From assembly GCA_030390025.1 (NCBI GenBank), contig CM059431.1, positions 104,844,001 to 104,908,000 of the forward strand: 64,000 nucleotides of DNA, in the 5' to 3' direction. The notes below the pieces were generated by a model. It saw only the letters and a list, made by a program, of their open reading frames with translations, did no database searches and was not told the DNA's origin. How positions within the stretch are numbered: position 1 is the stretch's first letter; every line of letters starts with the position of its first letter. Below, one piece after another: positions 12,155-24,877 of this stretch. The translations under genes were made by a program, and so were the position numbers. This DNA is from Squalus acanthias. Taxonomy: Eukaryota.

Positions 12155-15100
12155 AGTCTCTTTGCAAGCAAAGTTATGAAGGACAGCAACCAAAGTACCA
12201 GCGAAGTTAGGATCAGTAGGCAAAACTACCTCACAAAGCGTTGACTCAATGCAGAAGTCTCTCTTTCTCTCTCTCCGAATCTCTCTCTCTCTCTCAGAAC
12301 GAGTGGTGCAAAAATGTCAACCACAGAAAAAGACAGGTAGAGGCCCCCTTTAAATAGCGCCCCCCCCAGCCCCACAGCGATTGATAGCGTTCCAGTCTTC
12401 CGGTCGTTGGATGCGCCAGGCGGTAAGGCAGGGGGCGCCACTCAATTTCCGCTCCGGGGCGCCACAAGGGCGTTGCACCATGGAATGACGTCACAATCTG
12501 CGCGCGCAGGTGGTCGCAGCGGTACAGTTTAGCGCCGCCGCACAATGTCTAGTTAAGTTCCCGAGCAGCGCAAACATCGCTGCGCCCGGGCACTAGCGGC
12601 TTTGCGCCCCATTAGTGCCCTCTTAAGGCGCTAACGGGAGGCGCAACCAACTGAATTTTTCCCCTATGACTCTATCCCTTTGTGCCTCTACCCCACCTAG
12701 ACTCGCACCCTCCAAGTGATAAGTGAACTCCCTATTCTTCCTACCAAAATGTAATACCTCACATTTATCTGTGTTGAACTTCATTTGCTAATTATATGCC
12801 CATTCGGCAAGTTTATTAATGTCCTCCTGTAATTTGTTGCAGTCTTCCTCAGTATTGACTATCCCCCCCAATTTGGTGTCATTCACAAATTTAGAAATTG
12901 TGCTTTTTATTCCAAAGTCTAAATCGTTAATGTAAATTGTGGACAGCAGTGGTCCCAGCACTGATCCTTATGGCACACCACTACCCACCTTCTGCCACAC
13001 TGAATAGCGACCCTTTATTCCTTCTCTCTGCTTTCTGTCCGGAAGCCAGCCAGCAATCCATTCTGCTACTTGTCCCCTGACTCCGCATTCTCTGACCTTG
13101 TTCATCAGTCTATTATGGGGTACCTTATCGAAGGCCTTTTGAAAATCCAGATAAATTAGATCTACTGCATTACCATTGTCTACTCTCTCTGTTACAACTT
13201 CAAAAATTCAATAAGGTTGGTCAAGCAAGACTTTCCCTTTTGAAATCCATGCTGACTATTCCTTATTATATTTTTCATTTCTAGATGTTCTATTCTCTCC
13301 TTTAGTAGGGATTCTATTATTTTTTTCTACCACTGATGTTAAGCTGACTGGTCCATAATTCCCTGGACATGTTCTATCTCCCTTCTTAAATATCGATATT
13401 ACATTAGCTATCCGCCAGTCCTCTAGCACTACACCATTTTCTAATGAATTATTAAATATGTCTCTGCTATCTCTTCTCTAGATTCTTTTAAAGTGCGTGG
13501 ATGCAATCCATCCGGACCAGGGGTTTTATCCTCTTTGAGTTTGATTATTTTATTTAATATATTTCCTTTTTTATTTTAAATGCACTTATCTCATTACTAA
13601 TCTCATCATTCAATGTCATGTCCACCTGTTCTATCTCCCTCGTAAATACTGAAGCAAAATAATTATTTAATATTTCTGCCATCTCTCTACTCTTACCTGT
13701 GGTATTATCCTCACTATCCCTTAATGGCCCTATTCCCATCCCAACCTTCCTTTTTTTATTGATGTGCCTATAAAATATTTTGTTTTATGTTTCTTGATAA
13801 TTTAATTTCATAGTTCCGCTTTGCCTCCCTAATTGTTTTTTTTTGACTTCTCTTCTAATCTTTTCGTATTCTCCCTTATCATGCACTCCCTTGCTGTCTA
13901 TGTACTTAATGTATGCCTCTTTCCTTACCCTCAATTGTTCCCTTATGGCTTTATTCATCCATGGAGTCTCATTAGTGTTTAGTTTGTTTTTTCCTTTTCG
14001 CGGAATATATTTTTCCTGCACTCTGTTGAACACCGTTTGAAATGTTCTACATTGTTGTTTGCCTATATTGTTGCCCATTTTTTTCCCCAAATTCTATTCC
14101 CAGCCCCTCAAAATGAGCTTTTCTCCAATCTATTAACCTGGTTTTCGTCATACTTATATCTTTCTCAATTATTATCTTAAAGCATATTATATTATGGTCA
14201 CTATTGCCTATATGTTCCCCTACTTTTACTTCTCTTATCTGCTCTGGTTCATTCCCCATTACTAGATCCAATAGCGAATCCTCCCTCGTTGGGCTTTTTA
14301 CATATTGGGTTAGAAAGGAGTCCTGTACACATTGTAGGAACTCCATTCCCTTATCCCCTTTACCTACCTCTTCTGTCCAATTAATATCGGGGTAGTTGAA
14401 ATCCCCCACGATTATTATTCTATGTTTTTTACTAATTTCCCTAATTTGTCTGCATATTTCTTCCTCCACCTCCCTTCCACAATTAGGTGATCTGTCGACT
14501 ATGCCTATTAGTGTGATTGATCCTTTATTATCTTTTATCTCTATCCATATGGATTCTATTTCTGTCTTGCTGATATCTGCGTCACTTTTTTCTACTGCCA
14601 TTATGTTATTCCTAATAATTTCAGCTACTCCACCTACCCTTTTTCCCTCCCTATCTTTTCTAAATATGTTATACGCTGCAATGTTTAAGTCCCAGTACTG
14701 ATTTTTCTATAGCCATGTCTCAGTAATCCCTAGTATGTCTGGTTTCTCACAACACATGATTGCCTCCAGCTCCCCTTTTTTATTTTGGACACTATGTGCA
14801 TTGCTGTACAGACAGTTTAACTCATTTTTAATAGGATTTCCTCTCACTTTATGTTTAACCATCTATTTATACTCCTGTTCTATAACTCTATTTATTCCCT
14901 TGCCATCAATGTCCTCCCTTACTTTATTCTTTCCTATGCTCTCTTTTCCTGTTTTGGTTATATTTAGGCGGGTTACATTTCTTGTAGATCCCTCCCCCCA
15001 TCTTACTAGTTTAAAGCCTTTGCCACCTCCCTATTTACCCTTTCCGCTAGAACACGGGTCCCATCTGGGTTCAGGTGGAGCCCGTCCCATCAGTACAGCT

Positions 15101-15683
15101 CCTTCCTGTCCCAGAACTGGTGCCAGTGTCCCATGAAAAGGAACCCCTCTTTCCCACACCAGCCATTTAGCCACGTGTTAATTCTCCTGATCTGTCTGCT
15201 TCTATGTCAATTTGCACGTCCTGCTTTTTAATTTAGAGCCTAACTCCTGATACTCTTTCAGCTTGACCTTCTCCCTGTTCCTACCTATGTCGTTTGTTCC
15301 AACATGGACCACAACAACTGGATTTAGCCCCTCCCTTTCCAAGCTCCTCTCCAGCTGCCGTGAGATATCCCTTACCCTGGTAGGCAACACACGCTTCAGG
15401 ATTCTCATTCTTGGCTGCAGAGGACGCTATCTAGCCTCCTAATTATAGAGTCCCTATCACTACCACATTTCTATTCTGCTCTTCCCCCACCTCCCCCCAC
15501 CTTGGACAGCCTTCTGAGCCACGGTGCCTTGGTCTGCATTGTGGCTGTCCTCCCTGCAATCTTTCTGCTTGTCCTCACAGGTAGTGAGTACATCGTACCT
15601 GTTGGACAGGACCAGTGTCTGCAGGACTTCCTTCTCAACCGCTCCTAAATCTCCGCTACCCATCTCCCTAACAGTCACACCCT

Positions 15684-17016
15684 TGTAAGGTTTCCAAAAT
15701 TTACAGATCCCCAAAACCTAAGGAAAAGGACTTTGGAACTACCTCAGAGTGATAAAAATGCATTTGGGCCTAACATAAGGAATTTAAGACCAAAAACCAA
15801 GTTTTGGCATTTTAAAAACATGTCTGGGCCTGTAAAGGGAGAAAAGGCTGTGAAGGAAGTTGGCATCGACCTCTGTAAAAGCAGTTTTGGTTATTGCAGT
15901 TAATTACACTGTCTGGGGAACCGGGATGACCCCACTCAAGCCCCAGCAGACATTAACATTTGAACAATAGACCCTGGGAGAAGACAGTCCCACCCAAAAT
16001 ACAGGCCCCATCAAAACCGTTTACAGAACCCATTAAAGACATGCATAAAGCAAATATTCTCTAGAAGTCCTAGACCCAGTCAAGAAACCCAAAACATGAG
16101 GACAATTCAAACTCCGCTTAAACAACAGATCGACAGGATGGAGCTATCCTGAAACCACTTCACACATTTACAAAACCAGTTAACACGCTAGTAAAGTCAT
16201 TACTGTTAACGAGGCCTCCAAAAATCTTACAAAGGTTTTGATAAGGAGGCTTCAATGGGTATAATTAAAGGCCCGTTCTCAACAGTTCTCCAGTAACAAC
16301 AGTTCAAGTTCAACAGAAGGCAGTTCTGCAGTTTCGAGTTCGATTGAAAGCCTGTTTTTCAGCAGAAGTCAGTGCTGGAGTTACAGAGTTCAGGAGAAGC
16401 AAGTTGAGCAGTTAAAGAAGACAGTTCAGTAAGAAGGGAGTTCTCCAGTTCTCCAGCACAACAGTTACAGTTCTGCAAGAAGGCAGTTCCACAGCTCGGA
16501 AGAAGACAGTTTAAACAGAGGCAGAGTTCAACAGAAAGAAGTTCAACAAAGAAGGCCAACAGCTCCAGAAGTAGGCCGACACGCAAGAAGAGACCAGAGC
16601 GACCGCCTCAGTGACCATCGGACACCTCGCGGCAACAAGGGCCTTACGAAACCTTTTACTCAGAAGACTCTAAACCCTAACTCTAAACTGTCAAGGATTC
16701 GTTTGGTGAGCATTATCCCTGGTTCTCCAGAGTCCAACCTAGCTAGTGAAGTGGGATTGGGAGGGGTGAAGTATTCTTCTAATGTTATTTCCCTCGCTTG
16801 TACCGAAGTGTTCCCTACCTTTTAGAGTGTTAAGAGTGTTTGTGTTGTGTTTTACTTTCTTGAATAAAGATCGAAGTTCTTTCATCAAACCCAGTTGTCT
16901 GCTGCACCTTTTATCACAACCCCCAAATAAGTCCAAGGTCTAGAACCAAGGGCGTGGGAGCAATTCGAACCGCTCAGAAGTCAGAGGTAAAGCTGACACA
17001 AAACACTCCCCCTACA
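15684..17016 (+). mobile_element. Solo LTR, family A, copy 1
   Basis: TGT...ACA ends, 4-bp TSD CCCT, TATAAT at 16260, AATAAA at 16863. Confidence 0.9.
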
Positions 17017-17496
17017 CCCTCCCTTTTCTGAACTTATGCTTTCCTTTGGGGTGTGACTGTATTGTCGATAAAACTGTCCAGAAATTCCTCCCCCTCCCTT
17101 ATGTCTCCAACTCGCACTCCAGCTCAATGACTCTGAGAAGGAGAGATTCGAGACGGAGACATCTCCTGCAGACATGTTCGCTCAGGACAGTCTCGCTGTC
17201 CACAAACTCCCACATACTGCAGTCCAGACACACAACCTGCCCTGCCATATCTTAGTCTAGCCTTATTTTATTTATTTAATTAGTTAAAGTCTTTATTCCA
17301 CAATTATTTATACTTACATTAATTAGTTTAACTAGTTAAGCTATAAATTTAATACAGTATGTTATAGTTTCCCGCTCCTAGTTTGAACCACTGTTTTAGT
17401 TTAGAGAGAAAAAAAAACCTTAATACTCACCAACCAATCACCTACCTGCTGTCCTGTGACGTCACACCTTATTTGTGGAAATCGTGGAAGCTTCTG

Positions 17497-17767
17497 CCGC
17501 CTCCGCTGCCTCCGATTAGGTCGGCGCTGTTCCTTCGCTCGCTCCTTTATGTCCCGCCGCCTCCGCCGCTGCCTCCGATTAGGTCGGCGCTGTTCCTCCG
17601 CTCTCTCCTTTATGTCCCGCCACCTCCGCTGCCTCTGATTAGGTCGGCGCTGTTCCTCCGCTCTCTCCTTTATGTCCCGCCGCCTCCTCCGCTGCCTCCG
17701 ATTAGGTCGGCGCTGTTCCTCCGCTCTCTCCTTTATGTCCCGCCGCCTCCGCCGCCTCCGATTGGGT
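17497..17767 (-). repeat. GC-rich 57-60 bp tandem monomers (about 4.5 copies) at the CR1 5' end
   Basis: Unit ccgcctccgctgcctccgattaggtcggcgctgttcctccgctctctcctttatgtcccg. Confidence 0.9.
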
Positions 17768-18949
17768 GATTATCTTTTTTGAGATGTCACGATTGGTAAC
17801 TGTATGCATGTCTGTGCATATATGTGTTTGGATAGAGGTGGAAGGATTATCATGTTAATAAATATATATGTAGATGGAATTCATTTCTAGAATAACCCTG
17901 AATTTAAAACAAAAACCTTTTCACAATAGCAATACAGGCAACGTAACTCCATCCTTATTAAAGTAAAGGTCAGCCAATATTTAGTGGATTTTATCAAGCT
18001 CGATTCATTTTCTGCTCCCTTCCCTCGAATCAGTCTCTATATAATTAGTTTATAGTAAGAAGACAACATGGTGCTACAGAGTACATTACCCTTTCATTTC
18101 CCTTGTGCATTCATCAAATCATGATAATGGCGATTAATAAAATCGCCAGAGACTTACAATACAGTGCCTGGCCATTCCTACTCATCCCAGCTGGGCACTT
18201 TCTGACCTTTCAGCACATTACCATTGAGTGGACCTAGCCCTTAATTCGCGTTATAGAAGTAACGTATCTATAAATTATTTAACAACCTTAAAATAAATAT
18301 GCTTTGAAAAGGGACATAAGTTACAACAAAATATTAAGAAACCATTCGTGTACTTCTTCCATGCCTTTGCACCATGACAGGAATCCTTGTTAAATTCTAC
18401 CTGCAAACCATGTATTTCCCATTGTAGCTGATCCGTACTGGAGTGACGGGCTCAATTGATGAATGACATAATGTGGTTATAAACATCATTTGACAAGGCA
18501 ATGTATGTTCTCAGTGCAGAGAAACTTAGAGCAGGACGCTGATGCCAGTCTACAATGTGTCAAGCCGTCAATTGGTATCATCAGCCACCTAATTTTTCAT
18601 TTTATGCCGCTTACTCCCACATCTTGAAGAGACACATCGAAAGTTATGAAATCCGTCTGTCGCAATAACTTCACTTAGTATTACATTTTGCGTTGACAAT
18701 CCCTCGATAGTCGAGTAAGGCTGTTTCTCCGCATACAAAAAAAAAGAGATTTGAGTATTCAGATTGTCCACGGCTTTTGGTGAGCATTTAGAGGGCTTCT
18801 TAAATCAATCTGAGAGAGACATATGTTGTACCACGAAACTGACATATGAAAGACAACCCAGTTCATGGTATAGTCACAGCAGACTCTGTCTTCTGTCTAC
18901 ATTTCTCCTCTTCTTTGGCAATGCTAGCTTCTTCAAACTCATGAACTCC

Positions 18950-19670
18950 CTGCATGCGCACTGATCACTCCACCATTGGCGGCCGTGCCTTCAGCTGCCT
19001 GGGCCCTAAGCTCTGGAATTCATTCCCCAAACCTCTCCGCCTCTCTACCTCTCTCCTCCTTTAAGACGCTCCTTAAAATCCTACCTCATAGTCATAGAGT
19101 CATAACGGCACAGAAGGAGGCCATTCTGCCCATTGAGTCCGTGCCGGCTCTCTGCAGTGAGTCAGTCCCATTCCCCCGCTCTATCCCTGTAGCCCTGCAA
19201 GTTTATTTCCCTCAAGTGCCTATCCAGTCTCCCCTTGAAAACATTGAGTGTCTCCGCTTCCACCACTTCCGTCGGCAGCGAGTTCCAGGTCCTCACCACT
19301 CGCTGCATAAAAAAACTTTTCCTCACATCCCCCCCTGTATCTCTTGCCCAAAACCTTAAATCTGTGTCCCCTAGTCCTTGTACCATCAACTAGTGGGAAC
19401 AGCCTTTCCCCGTCTAGCCTATCCAAACCCGTCATAATCTTGTACACCTCTATCAAATCACCCCTCAACGTCCTTTGCTCTAATGAAAACAAATCCAGCT
19501 TCTCCAACCTGTCCTTGTAGCTAAGATCCACCATCCCCGGAACTATTTTCACTAAGCTTTTGGTCACCTTTATGTGGCTTGGTGTCAAATTCTGTCTGAT
19601 AATAGCTCCTGTGAGGCTCCTTGGGATGTTTTTTCCTACTTTAAAGGCGCTAATTAATTGCAAGTTGTTG
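18950..19670 (+). mobile_element. L2-type LINE 3' end, interrupted by a CR1
   Basis: ccattggcggccgtgccttcagctgc...aaaggcgct...gcaagttgttg. Same as 60262-60580. Confidence 0.8.
19087..19546 (-). mobile_element. CR1 3' fragment, near-identical to 8043-8498
   Basis: PGMVDLSYKDRLEKLDLFSLEQR peptide and the same TATGACTC tail. Confidence 0.9.
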
Positions 19671-20239
19671 TGGATCAGCACAGTTTGCAGACTTGGATGC
19701 TATCCTCCCATGTTTTGATGTCAAGGCTCCCACCATAACGCCAGTGTGAGTCCAATGGGAACCCTGAGGGAAACAGCCATTTCCACTGTCTCCCTGGAGT
19801 TACGCTGGAACCTCCATCGAATGTTTTGCCCCTGTTTCTATGGCTGCATCTTACCACTGTTAAGAATTAGAATATTCACATTTTCTAATATAGCTGAACG
19901 CAGATTGATAATCGGAGAAATTTGCTTCCAAATTCATCTGTTTTGTTGACTACAATGAGAAATGATGTTGTGGCCCTAGATTTTCTGATGTCCCATTCTG
20001 TTGATGGATGTGCACTTCCACCGTGCCCTTGACCCCCCCTTGCTGATCCTGATAGATTTCCTGGCATCAGTCAGGTAGTGCGTGTTTTACTTGGCTCCCA
20101 ATGGAGACTTGCCTGGGTTTGGCTGCATGCTGCATGGCGGTCTGGAAATTGGCATACTGCTGTGGGATTTAAAGGGCTGCAGCAGATTAAATGGGAAGTG
20201 GCTGCAATTGCAGCATAGGAACAGAGCTGAAAAGTCACA

Positions 20240-20474
20240 GCAGTGAGAAGACTTGCAGCAAGAAGAGAGCTTCCAGCTTCACTGATGCTGAGAGGGAAGT
20301 ACTGCTGGATGCAACGAGAGCCAAATTGGGGCGCACTGGGGAAAGAGATCATCTCGTACAACTGTGAGAGCACAGTGGAGGGCGGTGGCTGAAGCAGTTA
20401 GTACCACCTTGACAATCCCCAGATCAGCAACTCAATGCTGGAAAGAATTTAATGACTTGACCAGAATGGGCAAG
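20240..20474 (+). pseudogene. Decayed Harbinger Myb/SANT exon 1 (third copy)
   Basis: QWRAVAEAVS..PRSATQCWKEFNDLTRMGK followed by gtaagt, at the same intron position as the other two copies. Confidence 0.7.
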
Positions 20475-21224
20475 GTAAGTGCACCACCCTCGCGGTTAAT
20501 GGTCCTCCATGCACCACCTTGTATGTTGGCCTCGCGGCACAATCAATATGTGAGTCGTGCATGTGCTGCCAGTGCAGGCACTGTGAAACACCAGTCGTCA
20601 ATTGATCGACACCCTGCTGGGCAGTAACAGCACTCCACAAGCCTCCCACTGAAATGGTCACTGCCAGGCCTCTGAGTGTCATAGTTATGAACCGTCCTGA
20701 ACATGGTGGGGGGAGCCGGGAAGGGCCAGTTTACAAACACACAGTGACACAGAACAGAGGGAGAGAGTACGTGCAGTCACAGGGTCCACTTCTGAATCCC
20801 CACAGGAACACAACGGGACTGACGTGTAACCTTTGGCTTGCATGGAAAGGCAGCACATAATACAAAAAAGAAGCCCATGGGGATGAGAAGAAATGACAAA
20901 TATACATAAGTTGACAGGCTATAAGGAGGTGTCAGGCACTCAGTGTTATCGGACACCCAGTGGCAAAAGCAGTTGGAGATGGAGAGCTTGGTGGCACCAA
21001 CAGGTTTGCACATAGATTAAATTTCCCTGACAATATGTGCCCTCAGCTAGGCTATGGCAATTTCTCTACACTCTTGAAGATTCATTGTAGCTCACTGTAA
21101 AACGGCTTCACGCTCATTTCTGTTGCTCTGTCCTCCCTCCAGATGAAACGCAGCCTGCTGAGCCTGATGAAGTGGAAGAGGAGGAATCCTCCCAGTCCGG
21201 CTTAATAAGACCATAAGAAATAGG

Positions 21225-21249
21225 CCATGATGTGGAGATGCCGGTGTTG
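21225..21249 (-). mobile_element. 25-bp Penelope-like terminal micro-insertion in a CR1 tail
   Basis: Reverse complement of caacaccggcatctccacatca (as at 29760-29778 and 41412-41430). 8-bp TSD GAAATAGG. Confidence 0.75.
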
Positions 21250-22194
21250 GAAATAGGAGCAGGAGTAGGCCAATTGGCCCCTCAAGCCTGCTCCGCCATT
21301 CAATAAGATCATGGCTGATCTGATCCTAACCGCCAATCTACTATCACAGAACCATGTCCTGAACCTAACAGAATTGGACACACGAAATAGGAGCAGGATC
21401 AGGCTACACGGCCCCTGGGCCCGCTACGCTACCCACAGGGCCATGACCGATCTGAACCTAGACTCCTGTCCAAATTCCTGCCCGCTCCCCGTAACCTTTA
21501 AGGCTTCTGCCCTGTCCGGACAAATTTATGCACACGGTCATTCATTCCATCACTTCCAAGCCCCAGCCCAGAGACAAGCACCCGGGGGCTTCAGACGAGC
21601 GATAGGGGCATCAGCGGTCACGCAGAGTTCAGGTTGCCAGGAGGAAGAGGAGGTCGAGGAAAGTGATCACGACAGCTCTGGCCAGATGGTCCAGAGGTGT
21701 CAGACTTTGCCTGAGGACCTTTGGGACTTAATTGTCACAGGACCTGCTTTCAAAAAAAAGAATACTAATGGAGCATCGAACCCATGTGCGAGTATTGCAG
21801 AATATCTCGCAAATCATGCTGCATAATCCTAGTCTGTTGGAGGAGTCCGTTGCCAGTACAGGAATCAGCATAGGGGAGCTAATTGTGTAAGGGCAGGGCA
21901 GAATCAATCATATTACTTTCCTCCATCTGCTAGTTTAACAGAGGCAGAGGCATTAACCTGGAGAGATAAATGTTATTTGAATGTGTTAAACATTTGTTCA
22001 CTGATATTGCCAACAGTAATTTCTAGCTTCATGTGACTAGTATGCTCTTCAAGGCTGCTAGTTTTCAATTTTCACAGACGAAAGACAGAATCTGTGACCC
22101 CCAAAATCCATAATCCCATGTAATAAAAACAAAATTTGTCTTAATCATTAAAGGCAAACTGGTGTCTTGATTATAGTAACACCAATTTATTAAT

Positions 22195-22325
22195 ACAAAA
22201 GCAAAATACTGCGGATGCTGGAAATCTGAAATAAAAACAGAAAATGCTGGAAATACTCAGCAGGTCAGGCAGCATCCGTGGAGAGAGAAACAGAGTCAAC
22301 GTTTCAGGTCTGTGACTCTTCGTCA
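22195..22325 (-). mobile_element. Penelope-like terminal fragment, truncated inside the hammerhead core
   Basis: Minus strand TGACGA-AGAGTC-aca-GACCT-GAAACGTT. TSD TTTATTAAT at 22186-22194 and 22326-22334. Confidence 0.85.
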
Positions 22326-22649
22326 TTTATTAATTATTGCCTGCAGAGTATATCTTGATTATAGTAACACCAATTTATTAATTATTGCCTGCAGAGTATA
22401 TTTTGTGTTCTGTAGTACAAGTTATTGATTTATATACAGTGGCATTTCTATACACTCCCTGTCACAGACAGGAAAATCCACTAGGAATTCTCCCAGCAAA
22501 CTGTCATAGCAACCCACACGGTGGCTTTGATGGTAACAGTGAGGTCATTCACATTCTCAGCGGACAAGCAGAAAGATAAGTGCAAGAGCACAAGTTTGTA
22601 GAACCTACTCCATAACTTCTAACATCCTTGCTAACACTGGGGAAATAAT

Positions 22650-24877
22650 GGGCAGGATCTTGCTGGAGCAGGGCACCTCGTGGTGTGCTCAGTTAGTTAG
22701 ACGTCTTTCTGCACCCTTCAGCTCGAAGAATTTTTGCCCTGTAACTTGCTGGGAGTGCGAGCTGATAACGGCGTGGCGAGGGCAACACGGCATCTGGGAC
22801 CTCGGTGAACGACGGGACCAACAGTCTATCTCCTTAACCCATGAGATTTAAGGATTGAGAAAGAATCCTAGGATCGACGGAGAAGGAAATCGGGCGAATT
22901 AGAGTCAAATCAGGTGCAGAAAGAGAAATAAAGAGAGGGAAAGAAAGATTGGATTAGGAGAGAAAGAGAGAAAAGAGACAGAAAGGAAAAGTAAGAAAAA
23001 AATTTAAAATTTGACATTTTTTAAATCTCTAACAACAATTGACTACATGCAGGTATGAGATTGAACAGTTTAAATTGTTCCCATTCTGGGCCAGAGAGGT
23101 TGATTGGCATTGCATCAACAATTATCATGTCATTAAAAAGGTACTTAAGTGCCCGCCCTAACTTTCTGTGGCATGTTTAATGGACAATTAATGTGCAAAT
23201 CCAGCAAGTGTAAGATTCTCAAAATTCACAGATCCCCCAAAACTCGAAGACAAACCCTAAGGAAAAAGACTTTGGACTCTTTTCTAGCTATTACAGAGTG
23301 GTGAAGTACATTGGGCCTAACCGAAGGACATTTTGAGCAAAAGCCAAGATTTTGATATTTTTAAAACATGTCTGGGCTTGTAAGGGAGAAAAGGCTGTGA
23401 AGGAAGGTTGGATCAACCTCTGTAAACCCAGTTTGGGTATTGGAGCTAATGGGAACTGTCTGGGGAACCGCATGGTCTCGCTGGAAGTTTAAATCGGCCC
23501 CTATCAGACATTAGCATCCTAACAATAAACCCGAGGAAAGACAGTCTCCACCCCAAGTTACAGAGCCCATTAAGACATGCATAAAACAGATTACTTCGGC
23601 CTACTCCATAGAAATCATAGGTCCAGCCAAGAAAACCCAAAACATAAGAACAATCAAACTCCGATTAAGTGGCAAATCGACAGGATGGGGGCCATCCCGG
23701 AACCACTTTGCACCTTAACAAACCAGTTACCATTAACGAGCCCGCCAAAACTAACAAAGACCGAGACCTGATTTGGCGTGCAGATAAGGGAGCTTCAATG
23801 GGTATAATTGAAGGCCCGTTCCCAACCTGAAAAAGAAGAAGAGGAAGGGAGAACAAGAAGACATCGACGGAGGCATTCTCCGCAACACAGTTCTAAAACC
23901 AACACCGTTCAGCGTTCCGTGTCCAGCCAGGAGGTCGACAGCTCAAAGGCCAGACCATCCAACAAAGTAGGCTGACACGAGAAGAAACCAGAACAACCGC
24001 CTCAGTGACCACTGGACACCTCGTGGCAACAAGGCCCTCACGAAACAACCAACCAAACACCAAGTATCAATATTTGGGCCAACGCGACCAAAGAAAACCA
24101 ACTCGAAGAAAACCCGAAGAACCGCAAAGTTTCCACTCTACAATCTACTCCTGACTTACCCCTGGGTAAGATTTTCCCTTAAAGAACTCTAAACCCTACT
24201 TCTAAACCAAAGAAAAGTGGGTACTCACCTGATAAATCCAATACGCACCTTACCGCATCAGCGGACTCGCGAAGACTGACCAGATACGCAGTTGAAGTCC
24301 TCTACCGCGTACGGGGTACGGCAGACACCAACTGACATATAGAGTGAACCCCAAAACCGCGAACTAACCCAACTGTCAAGGATTCTGGTGAGTATCATCC
24401 CTGGTCCTCTAGAGTCCAACCTAGCTAGTGAAGTGGGATTGGGAGGGGTGAAGTATTCTTCTAATGTTATTTCCCTCGCTTGTACCGAAGTGTTCCCCAC
24501 TTTTAGAGTGTTAAGAGTGTTTGTGTTGTGTTTCACTTTCTTGAATAAAGATCAACGTTCTTGCATCAAAACCAGTTGTCTGCTGCATCTTTTCATCACA
24601 ACCCCCAAATAAGCCCAAGGTCTAGAACCAAGGGAGTGGGAGCGATTCGAACCGCTCAGAAGTCAGAGGGGAAGCTGACACAAACCACCACCCACTACAC
24701 AAGTTCTTAAAAATAACGAAGAGGTTGAGGGCGAGATGTTGTTTGTGCAAAGCAAACGCTGACGCGGCGTAAATCGACCAGCAAGTTCTGGAGATTCACA
24801 ACTCATGTCATATCTCCTCATCCCCTGAACTTGCTGGCCGATTTGTGCATTAACATTTTTCCAGCAAGATCCAGCCC
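22650..24877. mobile_element. Harbinger-type MITE with a nested solo LTR
   Basis: TIRs GGGCAGGATCTTGCTGGA / TCCAGCAAGATCCAGCCC. Flanks AAT/ATT. Confidence 0.8.
23209..24699 (+). mobile_element. Solo LTR, family A, copy 2
   Basis: TGT...ACA ends, TSD CAAG, TATAAT at 23803, AATAAA at 24544. Confidence 0.9.

Larger units (their letters stand above)
8499..12664. mobile_element. Complete two-gene PIF/Harbinger DNA transposon (inactivated)
   Basis: TIRs GGGGAAAAATT / AATTTTTCCCC, TSD TAT (8496-8498, 12665-12667; register ambiguous by 1 bp), convergent Myb/SANT and DDE transposase genes. Confidence 0.93.
7755..12673 (+). mobile_element. Younger 5'-truncated CR1 LINE (7755-8498, tail resumes at 12665-12673)
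   Basis: ORF 7711-8424 encodes an intact CR1 ORF2 C-terminus. Tail (TATGACTC)n is split by the Harbinger element. Flanking ATCC at 7751-7754 and 12674-12677. Confidence 0.9.
7065..17767 (-). mobile_element. Near full-length decayed CR1 LINE, interrupted by nested insertions at 7755-12673 and 15684-17016
   Basis: 5' UTR repeats at 17497-17767. ORF1 from ATG 17248 (MAGQVVCLDCSMWEF..CRRC, Zn finger/zipper) with esterase motif VVHVGTNDIG. APE endonuclease motifs (IVGDFNYPDINW, LDLVM, SDHN at 14047-14601). RT region about 12680-13750. ORF2 C-terminus 7149-7511. Host sequence rejoins across both insertions. Confidence 0.9.

Noticed and set aside
17497..17767. CRISPR-like array, or the proline-rich ORF 17383-17769
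   Set aside because: Head-to-tail repeats with no unique spacers, and no cas genes. The ORF is a by-product of the repeat on the antisense strand of a CR1 5' UTR.
18610..19950. Minus-strand exon-like segments near 18614-18720 and 19855-19950
   Set aside because: One has stops in all three frames; the other gives no recognisable peptide.
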